Assembly: GCF_026571515.1 (NCBI RefSeq)
Contig: NW_026864538.1
Coordinates: 248,001 to 312,000, forward strand
Length of the DNA: 64,000 nucleotides
Source of the DNA: Ruditapes philippinarum
Lineage: Eukaryota
Direction: 5' to 3'
A program made the position numbers and the translations under genes. Below, one piece after another: positions 28,456 through 40,085 of the stretch (the first letter of the stretch is position 1; every line of letters begins with the position of its first letter). Under the pieces are notes generated by a model. That model saw only the letters and a list, made by a program, of their open reading frames with translations, was not told the origin of the DNA and ran no database searches.

Positions 28456-29190
28456 GACGGACTAAGTGAGAGACTCTTTGATGGACAGTTCTTAAAGCCA
28501 TTTGGGGCTGAATTGTCTTATTGTTCGTCTTCTGTCTTGCTTCGTCGGGCCCTTGTAGGTGATTTTCTTGTTGCTCTGCCTTCCTTTAAGGCATCGAGTA
28601 CTTTGGTAATGGCCATTAGGCTGTACCTTTTTCTACATATTTACATAATTTTGTATGTATTTTATTTATTTCGTCTAATGTAACCATGACCATTGTTAGA
28701 ATTTCACTTGGCGTGGATTAATTTTATTTACACTTTCAGGAACATATTGGGGCTAAGAGTGAGGTTTGGCGCGCCTAAAACCGGTTTAAACTCCCCAGTG
28801 GTTTAACTACCACTGACCGTTCAAAGGCGGTACCCCTCTGTGTTCCTTCACGTGTTTTTCATGTCTGTATTGTTACTTGTTTTGGATGTTTACATTTTTT
28901 ATGATGTCTGTCTTGTTGGATTGTCGTTGACGGTAGGTATTTTCTCAATCCACCCCCTCACCAATTTTAACCCCCTCCCCACCTTTTCACCCTTGCAGCC
29001 CTTATCCCTTTAATTCCCTTATGGGCCCGTTTTAGTTGATATTATTTCACATTACATGTCCCACTCCTTTCACCCTTATGTCCACTCCAGGTTTTTGTTT
29101 GGTGCCTTCTGGGTGCCCTACTTGAGTGTGTTGGGGGCTGCGTCCTGTGAACGTTGCCTTTGCCTTGTTGATCTTTATTCTTGTTTTTTA
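28456..29190 (+). mobile_element. Nested ~730-bp insert splitting the Kolobok-like ORF, probably the 3' end of a Penelope-like retroelement
   Basis: Transposase motifs stop at ...GEGLHL and resume at GTIGFK (~29190). The insert begins with a decayed ORF tail (VRDSLMDSS*), contains a hairpin-rich block at 28747-28837 and ends T-rich. The family assignment comes from memory of mollusc repeats. Confidence 0.45.
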
Positions 29191-29787
29191 GGAACAATAG
29201 GTTTCAAGGCATTATCAAATCCTTTTCAAATGATACAGGAATTGGTCGTATGTGGAAGTTCCTTCTTTATCAAGAAATTGTGAAAGCAGGTCAAGAAGAG
29301 CGTGAATTGGCTGAAGAAATGACGATTATTTTCAAGGTATATGAGCAATAACTGTTATATGTGACTGGAGTAAGCGTAGTCACAAACATAGCTACAATTC
29401 AATGGCTGGAGTTGCCGTCATTTTTGGTAAAAGAACAAAGAAACTTCTCCATGTAGATAAAAAAAAAATTGTGATATATGTAGCCGTGCTGAAGTTGCAA
29501 ATCAAGAACCAGAACAGCATGAGTGCTTTAAAACTGGACTTTTCACAGGAAATGGAGATTGAGATCATTTTAGGTTTTTTTTTTTAAATTGTGAAAAAAA
29601 CATGGTGTGAGATACATGCAAATAATTGCTGATGGAGACAGTTCCGTCTATAGCAAAAATTATAAAGAATGTACCTGTTTTGGGGCAATTTGTAGAAAAC
29701 ATTGAATGTGCTAATTATGCAATTAAATGTCTAAGATCCAATTTAGAACGATTAGTATCTGAGAAATCACATTATAAAGAAAAAGGT

Positions 29788-32700
29788 AAACTCACGTGAA
29801 ATAACCTAAGAAATGACATAAGTAAGATGTGCAATTGTACTGCGAAGTTCAGAAACCAATAAAATGAAAGCAATTAAAAAACTTAAACAGGATACACGAA
29901 ATGCCGGGAGACATGTTTTTGGCTTACATGATTTATATTCAACAGATTTTTAAAAAAAATAAAGAAAACGAAACAAACATAACGTAATCAAATGTTAACA
30001 AAATGAAAAATACCAATAATGATGAAGAAGGCCTTATAATCAGCCGATGTGAGTACTGGACTGATTCTGTAAAAATATATTCTGAAACTGAAATTGAATT
30101 GTTAAGAATGAGTGGTTACACAATATCACAGAAAAGTTGTAATATTGAAGAGATGTTACGACACATTTTTCTATTTTTGATCCGTCTGTCTGAAAAGGCC
30201 TACAATCTGATTGGTAACTTTAATAGTAATTTAGCCGAGTCGTGGATAAGCATAAAATGTAAATTTGAGGTGGGGGGGGGTAAAATATTCAATAAATGCT
30301 TCCGTGATTCATTTTATGCAAGATGTTATGATGGAGCGTTAAGGTCTTTGCTCGTTCTAGGATGGTCTCCTCAAGTTTACGATCTGCTTACAGGTATACG
30401 CCCAGATAGAGTTTTCATTAATACTTACAGACAAAGGCTTGTACGCTACAGATGTACCAAACGTGCCAAAGGTAGTGAAATTAACAGGAATAAGAGAAAA
30501 TTAACGAAAATAAAATCATCTGTTGAAAGCAGCAGTAAAAAAGCAAATAAAAAGAATACGGGGAAACTGTGTTGCAAGATACAACTGATATCAGTCAATC
30601 AGAATTGAAAACGGAATGTGATATTGTTTATTAAACAACCATATGTAACTGCAATCATAAATTAATTGAACAACATACACGTGGTCGGTCAAGTAATCTA
30701 AACTGGTTTGTTGAAAGAAAGAAAAAAACTCACAAGTTCTGTATTTGAAGAAGTGATATTAAGATCTCAAAATTATAACAGTCCCAATTTAATTAAAAGT
30801 CTTCTATATTCCAACTTTAAAGGAAATATTAATACTCTGAAAGGCTTAAGTACAGAGGATAATGCAAGAATTGAGAACATTGATTTGAAAGAGAAAGAAG
30901 AAAATCTAAAGTACATAATTGATATTCCGGGTTTTATAGTTGACAAAGAGAATACTTTTTTGCAGCCTCCAGCGATGGTGTAGTGGTTGGATCCTTCGAT
31001 CCTGAAGGTCTCAAAGAAATTAAGTCTTTATTACAGAATAAAAAAAAAACAATGATCAAAGAATCTGCAGAAAATAATAAAGCATTTTGTTTGTCAGTTC
31101 AAGCTAGCTTGATGGCATAATTCAGCTGAAAAAATATATTACCAAATACCAGGTCAGATAAATATTATGAAATACAAATGGTGTAATTTAAAAATTTGAA
31201 GAAGAAATCCACATGATATGTTTTTGTTTTTCAATGCATATACTGTGATACAGAATAATGGAGAAAATTGATGATTTCCAAATTAAAGGCTTTCTACAAA
31301 AATGTATTTCATACACATGTTACCATAATTAGCAGTATCAAGACATGGTACTCTATCTGGAATAATAAAACCTGAATTACCATAGGTATGTTTCCAATAA
31401 ATGAGAAAACTCACGTGAAATAACCTAAGAAGAATTTATTTTGGACTAAGATGTGCAATTGTATTGCGAAGTTCAATAACCAATAAAATGGAAGCAATTA
31501 AAAACCTTAAACAGGATACACGAAATGCCGGGAGACATGTTCTTGGCTTACATGATTTATATACAACGGATTTTATAAAACATAAAGAAAACGAAACAAA
31601 CGTAACATAATCAAATGTTAACAAAATGAAAAATACCAATAATGATGAAGAAGGCATTATAATCAGCCGATGTGAGTACTGGATTGATTCTGTAAAAAAA
31701 TATTCTGAAACTGAAATTGAAATATTAAGAATTGGTGGTAACACAATATCACAGAAAAGTTGTAATATTAAGGAGATGTTACGAGACATTTTTCTATTTT
31801 TGATCCGTCTGTCTGAAAAGGCCTACAGACTGATTGGTAACTTTAATAGTAATTTAGCCGAGTCGTGGATAAGCATAAAATGTAAATTTGAGGGGGGGGG
31901 GGGGTAAAATAGTCAATAAATGCTTCCGTGATTCATTTTATGCAAGATGTTATGATGGAGCGTTAAGGTCTTGCTCGTTCTAGGATGGTCTCCTCAAGTT
32001 TACGATCTGCTTACAGGTATACGCCCAGATAGAGTTTTCATTAATACTCACAGACAAAGGCTTGTACGCTACAGATGTGCCAAATGTACCAAATGTAGTG
32101 AAATTAACAGGAACAAGAGAAAATTAACGAAAATGAAATCATCTGTTGAAAGCAGCAGTAAAAAGGCAAATAAAAAGAATACGGTGAAACTGTGTTGCAA
32201 GATACAACTGATATTAGTCAATCAGAATTGAAAACGGAATGTGATATTGTTTATTAAACAACCATATGTAACTGCAATCATAAAATTAATTGAACAACAT
32301 ACACGTGGTCGGTCAAGTAATCTAAACTGGTTTGTTGAAAGAAAGAAAGTTCTGTATTTGAAGAAGTGATTTCAAGATCTCAAAATTATAACAGTCCCAA
32401 TTTAATTAAAAGGCTTCTATATTCCAACTTTAAAGGAAATATTAACACTCTGAAAGGCTTAAGTACAGAGGATAATGCAAGAATTGAGAACCTTGATTTG
32501 AAAGAGAAAGAAGAAAATCTAAAGTAAAAAATTGATATTCCGGGTCTTATAGTTGACAAAGAGAATACTTTTTTGCAGCCTTCTGATATGGTGTAGTGGC
32601 TGGATCCTACGATCCTGAAGGACTCATAGAAATTAAGTCTTTATTACAGAATAAAAAAATGATCAAAGAATCTTCAGAAAACAATAAAGCCTTTAGTTTG

Positions 32701-33482
32701 TCAGTTCAAGATGGCATAATTCAGCTGAAAAAAATATATTACAAAATATAAGGTCAGATAAATATTATGAATAACAAATGGTGTAATTTAAAAATTGAAA
32801 GAAGAAATCCACATGATATGTTTATTCAATGCATAAACTGTGATACATAATAATGGAGAAAAGTGATGATTTCCAAATTAAAGGCTTTCTATTTCATACA
32901 CATGTTACCAGAATTAGCAGTATCAAGACATGGTACTCTATCTGGAATAATAAAACCTGAATTACCATAGGTATGTTTCCAATAAATGAGAAAACTCACG
33001 TGAAATAACCTTAGAAGAATTTATTCTGGAGTAAGATGTGCAATTGTATTGCGAAGTTCAATAACCAATAAAATGGAAGCAATTAAAAAACTTAAACAGG
33101 ATACACGAAATGCCGGGAGACATGTTCTTGGCTTACATGATTTATATACAACGGATTTTATAAAACATAAAGAAAACGAAACAAACGTAACATAATCAAA
33201 TGTTAACAAAATGAAAAATACCAATAATGATGAAGAAGACATTATAATCAGGCGATGTGAGTACTGGATTGATTCTGTAAAAAAATATTCTGAAACTGAA
33301 ATTGAAATATTAAGAATTGGTGGTAACACAATATCACAGAAAAGTTGTAATATTGAAGAGATGTTACGAGACATTTTTCTATTTTTGATCCGTCTGTCTG
33401 AAAAGGCCTACAGACTGATTGGTAACTTTAATAGTAAATAATAATAAAACCTGAATTACCATAGGTATGTTTCCAATAAATG
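29788..33482 (+). repeat. Head-to-tail triplication of a ~1.6-kb internal transposon segment (units start ~29788, ~31407, ~32991; third unit internally deleted)
   Basis: Each unit starts AAACTCACGTGAAATAACC. ORFs at 30003, 31626 and 33211 all begin MKNTNNDEE. Unit 3 jumps from AATAGTAA (~33437) to the unit end ATAATAAAACCTGAATTACC. Confidence 0.93.
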
Positions 33483-33859
33483 TACTACTGAAGTAATTGT
33501 TGGTATTTTTGTCATCATATTCACATGTGCTTGCATATATATCATCCTATGCAATAACTTTTCATGTATAATAATAAATAAATATGTGTTGGAAACAATA
33601 GAAAAAACCTAAAACCACAAAGTTATCCAAATTATAACCAAAGCTTGGTTTCCAGCTTTTTATATGATTTACCTGTCTAAGCCGGACTTCAAAGTTTATC
33701 TGGCCAATCAAATTTAATCTTACATAGCGGCTAAAAACCTTCAATTTTAACGCCATTTTTAAAATGCAGCAAGGATTGCTTTAAGAGCAAAGATATGATG
33801 ATGATAAAAATGTTAGTTTTCATGATGTCTTAAAAAATAATATTTACGTTTGAAGGAAT

Positions 33860-35400
33860 CAACAGATGGTATAATTTTAAGTACATTTGTGTAACATCAT
33901 TAAATGCAAGTCAAGTTAAAATTTGGGCTCAGATCCCTGATTTTTAACCTTAGTTATGCCCCTTTAAATCTCCAGATTTTGATAAAAAAATGTTTCAAGA
34001 CAATAACTCTTGATGGACTCAACAGATTGTAATAATGGTACACATATGTTACATTATAAAATATAGGTCATGTTCGAACTATTTACAGAGTTATGTTCAT
34101 TTTAATTTTCAGATTAAAAAAGAAAGGTTTCTAGATGATAACTTCTGAAAGAGTAGATGGATTGTTATAATATTTAATACACTGATGTTATATTATAAAA
34201 TAATTGTCAAGTTCAGACCCATAAATATTTACATAGTTATGTCTCCTTTTCACCTTCAATTTTCCACAAAATAAGAAATAAGATTTTTTAGTTGATATTT
34301 CATAAAGTAGTCTCTCTTTTGAAATTATTTTTGGTAGTTTGTTGAAACATCATAAAATAAAGATCAAAATCTGGAATATGGATTAACGCCAATAAATATT
34401 TAACATAGTAATTGCCCATATTCATCTTCAATTTAGGGGAAAATATGTTGCTTCCACTTGATTACTCTTCATATAGTCAATGTATTGAATTTATTTTTAG
34501 TACACAGATGTAACATGTTTAAATACAGGTGTTTAATTTTGGTTTCAAACCACTATTTTTTTTTTGTTTTTGCTCTTTTTCATCTTTAATTTTGCAAAGA
34601 AATAGTTAGCACATGAGTTTATTAGAAGTCATTTAATTTGAAATAGTTTTAAAACAAATGAAATACAGCTTGAATTATAATTAGAATTGTAATTTAGACC
34701 ACTAAATATTAACATAGATATTATAATCTGTTAAATATCAAAGAGATTGTTTCCAAATGATAACTTTAAGAAGACAAATGATTATACACTAATGGTACAT
34801 CATTTAATACAAGTTGAGTTCAAATTTTGGCACAGACCACTAAATGTTTTGATAACTTATTTTTATTTTCATTTACCTACTTCAAACTTGTTTTGATGAT
34901 TTAAGATGTTTCTTGATACAAATATCTGTACAATGTTGTCTTAGTTTTCTTTTTAAACAAACTCTACAGGAATTCGATGGTCCCTTTTTAAAGTTGTTCA
35001 AAAGGTACCGGTCTGTTGCATATGAAGGTCAAGGGGAAACTTTACTTATATTGGAATACAGACATTTAAGCCTTATTTTCTCAAACTAAAATGTCTAAAA
35101 CTTAAATATTTAGCATGTGGTTTTGCCTTGTGGACCACTACAAAATGTGTATGTATCTTAATCATGCCCCCCTGGGTCAAAATGTTCCAAAGGGGTCATG
35201 ATTTATATTAACCAGTATGGGAAAAATATTCTTATTTTATAAAACTTCAATGCCTGGAGCTTTGATATTGGATACGGAGCATTGCCTAGTGAGCTTATAC
35301 AAAACATCCTGACCAATGAGTGAACAATCATCCGACCCAAACCGGGAGGGTGTACCTGATTTATATTGACTTGTAAAGGACTTAAGGTTCAAATTGAATT
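33860..35400. repeat. Highly degenerate ~160-bp satellite-like array (remnant of a Helentron-type element); paralogous remnant at 1860-2280
   Basis: Recurring motifs GATGATAACTT, CATCATAAAATACAGGTCAAG, CAGACCACTAAAT and TTATGCCCCTTT at roughly 160-bp spacing. Confidence 0.5.
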
Positions 35401-35475
35401 ACCCTAGTTTAAATACAGTACAGGTGAACATTTGGCTTTCAGTTAACATTTGAGTTAACATTAGTATTTGAGATA

Positions 35476-37097
35476 CACGAGGACTGATCAAAACGTTTTT
35501 AGCCCGATGTACTTTCGGTAGTCAGAGAACCAAATTATAGGTCTTACTCATTTTTACTTTTAATCGCCCTCTATATCAATGCACTTTGCCCATCTGTGCC
35601 CTAACTTTTTTAACCCTTCAAAATAGAACTCTCTATTTTAGTCCTCAAATAACTCATTGACCGCCTCCATGACACCTCTATTGCTTCCAAAATGTACCAC
35701 GAAGCTTGGTTTTCAGTTTAGGAAACAGATAGATGTCAGAGGGGAATAAGTCTGAAGAAAATGGGGGTTGGGAAGGAATTTCAAAGCCACAGTCAGTTGC
35801 AGCAGCCATCACAACTAGGGATGTATGAGCAGGCGCATTGTCGTGCAGGAGCAGAACGCCTTGAGTCAGTTTGCCCCTCGTTTTTCGTGCGATTTCTTGA
35901 CGCAGACGTCTCGATTCGTCTGCATAGAACGTACCGTTTATGGTACGACCTTGCTCAAGATAGTCAATCATGATCATCCACTGACTATCCCCAAAAATTG
36001 AAGCTTTCATTTTCTATGCTGAGGGCACCCTTTTGAAATTCTTCGGAGTGGGTGAGCCAGGGTGCTTCCACTTTGAATTCTGGATCAAAGTGATGGACCC
36101 ATGTTTCAACCTTAGTTACGATCCGGTAGACAAAATCAAGTTCATCCTTGTAGCAAGACAAAGGATATCTTGAAATGTCAAGCAACTGTCTGGTGACCCA
36201 TCTAGCGGACACCTTTGGCATGCGATAGACATCAGCAGGATTGCATGAACTGAACCAAAGTTTATTCGCACCTCCCTTGCAATGCTTCGCTGGTCTCACC
36301 TTCTGTCGCACATGACCAGATCGTGCACAGCTTCGTCAGTTTCATCGTTGGTGGCCTCTTTTTTCCGCCCAGGTCGCTCATCACTTCCAATGCTCTCCCT
36401 GCCCCACTTGCATTCAGCAGCCCATTTTTCACAGTGCTATACGAAAGGAGTCTCCTTCCCAAGTGTATCCATGAAGTCTTCATGGATTTCCTTGTGAGAC
36501 ATCCCTTTCTTACAGGGGTACTTAACGACGGCTCTGATTTTAACTTTCTCCAATTGGTCTAAATGACACGCCCCTCTACTTATCAAAGTGTGTTTTAGGA
36601 CCTTTCTGTTGAAAATGTGTTAGAGTTAAATCGTATACATATACATGCACAGTGCGTTAACTGGAGTACATGTATATGTTACCCGCACTACAGATCATGC
36701 CCGTTGATTGCCTCATTTTTGCTGGGGTTTACTTATTGTGACGGCAGAGAAAGGGAAAGCGACAGAAATATCATATTCAGTTGCTCGTTCATTGGTCACC
36801 TTTTTCTGGATTTCATATTCCGGCAACAGGGAACGTGTTCTTATGTTTGACTATGATACAAAAGAGAAAGAACACAAAAACACTCGGCAATCTGATTTAT
36901 ACTAGGGGGCTACGCCCCCTCGAACAAATCAGATAGCCTCGTGTTTCGGTGCTCTTTCTATTTCTTAATCTGTGTAAAAGCGCGTGTAACTCGGTCAATA
37001 ATTTTCAGTAAGATATCGGTATCGACGTATTGTGTGTAAATGTCAATGTAGAGACTAGAAGTATATAGGGCCGAGAACTTTTTTATCATACCACGTT
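35476..37097 (-). mobile_element. Decayed Tc1/mariner element, DD34D, irritans/Himar1-like
   Basis: Minus-strand fragments EKVKIRAVVKY...KGMSHKEIHEDF, KVSARWV, WVHHFDPE and HDNAPAH...PPFSSDLFPSDIYLFPKLK (34 residues between the last two catalytic Asp). Degenerate TIRs: TA|CACGAGGACTGATCAAAACGTTTTTAGCCC and GGGCCGAGAACTTTTTTATCATACCACGT. Confidence 0.88.
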
Positions 37098-37277
37098 TTT
37101 AATTTCGAGTGAACATTTCGATCAATAATTTCGATGTAGACTGTTATATCAAATAAAATTTTGCATTAACAATCACAAAGTAGTGTCTGTTATGTTCTCA
37201 CTTATCATCAACATTTTGACTATTATAATTGAAGAGTATATTTAATGTTATCTTGGTATAGGTAGCACAATTGTTTT

Positions 37278-37490
37278 CTTTGTTTGTTTCATTTTAACGC
37301 CGTTTCCCAACAGTATTTCAGTCATATAGGCGGGTAGTTTCCTATCCATCGTTCCTGGAGAGTTACACCAGTACTGGACTACCTTCCTCCGCGCTAAACT
37401 ACCACAGCATCTCCCGGGGATAGAACCCACGTCAGAGAGGTAACTGGATTAGAAGTCATCGACTCTAACCCCTCAACCACGAAGGTAGCA
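37278..37490 (-). mobile_element. tRNA-derived SINE
   Basis: Reverse strand has head GTGGTTGAGGGGTTAGAGTCGATGACTTCTAATCC...GGGTTCTATCCC and tail ATATGACTGAAATACTGTTG...CGGCGTTAAAATGAAACAAACAAA. Confidence 0.65.
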
Positions 37491-37779
37491 CACATGTATG
37501 TAAACAAATATTCTACTAATTAATTAATGAAATCTTACTTCAGTCCGTAGTCTTTGGCCTTTTTATTGACACTAAATATTTGTATTTGTTAAATATGTTT
37601 ACGTGTTATCAAAATACATTTATGTAGTTTCAAAAGTTAGTAAAATGTTATAAATATTTGACAAGTTTGTTGACATACTTCTGTATTATGTTTGTTGAAT
37701 TGTCATAATTTTGTATATATGTGTGATATTTATGTATGCTTGTTCTGCTCTTCATTAAATGGAGGAATAAAATATATAT

Positions 37780-38150
37780 ATAGTTAACCTTACACTTCGA
37801 GTTAACATTTAACTTTAAGTGAACATTTGACTTCGAATTAACATTTGTCTATGAGTAAGCATTTTACTCCGAGTAAACAATTTGCCTTTGAATGAACATT
37901 ACACTTCGAGTGAACATTTGATTTCGAGTGAAAATTTCGATCCCAGTAAACATTTGTCTGTGAGTAAACTGTTGACATATCAATGCACTTCGAGTGAACA
38001 CTTAATTTGGACTGAATATTTGTTTTCGGGTGAACTTCAAGTAAATTTTTGACTTTGAATGGACATTAGTTTTTTAGCGAACAATTGACTTTGGGCATTT
38101 GAATTTGAGTGAACACTTGACTTCAAATTGATATATGACAGTGAACACTT
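37780..38150. repeat. Degenerate 18-bp minisatellite (consensus ~TTCGAGTGAACATTTGAC) downstream of copy G
   Basis: About 20 units visible. Remnants also flank the mariner at 35420-35470 and 37100-37135. Confidence 0.85.
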
Positions 38151-38402
38151 GGCATTGTTCATGATTAAATGTACACATTTATAGACAAATTTGTATTGAT
38201 GTAACGAAACATTAACAACACCATGAGTGTTGAGATACGTTTAAAACTGAAATAAGATTTGACCATAATTTGATCTCAGTCAAATGACGTCTACACGTAA
38301 AAGGCTTATTAACAAATGTTAAACTCTAACTTGGAAATAAGTTTCAACACTAACATATTTGGATTAGAAGAAAAATCAATTATTGATTCACAAATATTGT
38401 TT

Positions 38403-40085
38403 TCAAATTGGCATATCCAGTTTTACATTTCCTAGCCTTTCCCAGCGCTTCTGGACTCTGTGGATTAGTTTTTCTCCATATTTAATTAACACGGTCTTGT
38501 CAACTATTCTTCTCGAAGTATCTTTATAATTCTGCCAGTTTCTGTAATGGTGAAGTAGACCTAATTCTACAGGTACTATGTATGAACGACTTCCCGATAC
38601 CTCGTGAATCATCAAACTTTTGTCTTCTTTGATCGTCCTTGTAAAATACTTTGACCTTGACCAAGCAGGAAAAATGACATCTTCACGTTCAAAATATTGT
38701 AACGATATGATATTAAACTTTTGAGAAATATGCTTATTTTGAAACTCAGTAATATAACTGTTCCATTCTTTTCTGAAAAAAGTATTGCGGAAAATATAAG
38801 TATCATATTCCGACGGAATCTGTGTAAAGAGTTCAGACCATGTATAAGTATTATCAGAGCGTGGTATTATAAACTCATCTACATCACAATTGATAAGGAA
38901 CTCTGAATGCGCTCTGTTTCGATACAGACAGTCCTGAAGCATTGGTATCGTTCCCATAGAATGAATTTCTACAGGAGCTGATGTTTTCGGCCATGTGTAA
39001 CTCTTAATCGGTAAATCCCATTGTACAACTTCTACGATGTCTTCTTCAACATAATTGCTGAGCACTTGATCAATGTTCATTGCGATAGAGTAATTGTATA
39101 CAACAATCTTTTCTGCTCCAAGCATCTTGTTAAATTCTATCCACTCAACGAGTTCGTAAGCTCTACCATACCGGAAATGCAGCGGTCTCAAACAGACCGT
39201 GAACTTCCGTTGATACTTTTGTGGTACTATTCCATTTTTCACTTTCAGTAGATGAAGTGGCACCTTACATTGACTTGTAACCAATGAAATGTAATGAGTA
39301 TTGGTAGGTATACCAGGGCAAATAAATATAGCACCTGAGTATCTGAAATAAATATAAAAATCAGTGTATGACATGTATGATATTGGAAATGTCAAAGTAT
39401 TGTCTCTGAAGTTTTAATTTTTATTGGATAAGTGAGTGACTGTATCAATATGTAAGTGAATGAATAAATAAATGAATAAGTGAATAAATAAATAAATGAC
39501 TGAATGAATGAATGAATGAATGAATGAATAAATGAACGAACGAAAAAACGAACGAATGAATGAATAAACGAACGAATGAATGAATGAAGCTTACTTTTCC
39601 CCATGGCTCTCAGGAAGGACGTGTATATTTGCAGGTTTTTCATGCATTATAATTGTATCATTCGCCGGCATTACAAACCAGTACTGGCAAAATATTTTCG
39701 CTATCCTAAAAGTGCTTGCACCAACCACTTTGATTGTACCACTTTGATCAACAATGTATGCAGAAAACACAAACGCATTCTTCTTTTCATCCACTGCTCT
39801 CCATGATTCTTCATTCAGTAACTCGACCGGGTACATGATATTTACGCAATCACCATTTGTCACGTGCATTTCTTTCATTAGTTGTTTTGTTTGTAATGTG
39901 TGAATTTGATTGACCTGTTTCGTTATTTCCGATGACTGTGTCTGTGGGAGAAAGATGTCCGGACTCTTTGAATATAAACTGCGTTTTGGAAGCGAATCTT
40001 TAGAGCTTGATAACATATGATAACATATTAACAGAGTCTGTACTCCTAGAAATACTATCACTGTTCTACGGTATTTGATCCTCAT
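38403..40085 (-). CDS. GT92 copy G, intact (exon 1 40085-39595, intron 39594-39343, exon 2 39342-38403; 476 aa)
   Basis: MRIKYRR plus TM helix; LPESHGE-K|YSGAIFIC across a phase-2 GTAAG/CAG intron; VCLRPL, RAYELVEWIEFNKMLGA, IHSMGTIPMLQDC, NCDVDEFIIP, RSKY, LLHHYRNW. Confidence 0.92.
39430..39590. repeat. Imperfect (GAAT/AAAT/GAAC)n tetranucleotide microsatellite in the intron of copy G
   Basis: Seen directly. Confidence 0.9.

Larger units (their letters stand above)
26508..33590 (+). mobile_element. Decayed Kolobok-like DNA transposon (DDE transposase of the 'Mutator-like' Pfam type plus a C-terminal YqaJ/lambda-exonuclease domain), right end deleted
   Basis: Starts GG immediately after TTAA (26504-26507); the paralogous empty site at ~1440 has a single TTAA. 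Frameshifted fragments: LEGYRVL, CKCPGCG, INVRTVWGSM..GEG, KAGQEERELAEE, ICDWSKRSHKHSYNSMAGVAVIFGKRTKKLL, HGVRYMQIIADGDSSVY, IECANYAIKC, GNFNSNLAESWISIKCKFEGG. YqaJ motifs follow: TRGRSSNLNWFVERKKKLTSSVF, GFIVDKENTFFAASSDGVV, EIKS, YYQI.GQINI. Confidence 0.8.

Noticed and set aside
30003-33441. Three-member MKNTNNDEE 'gene family'
   Set aside because: Frameshifted pieces of one transposase inside a triplicated segment.
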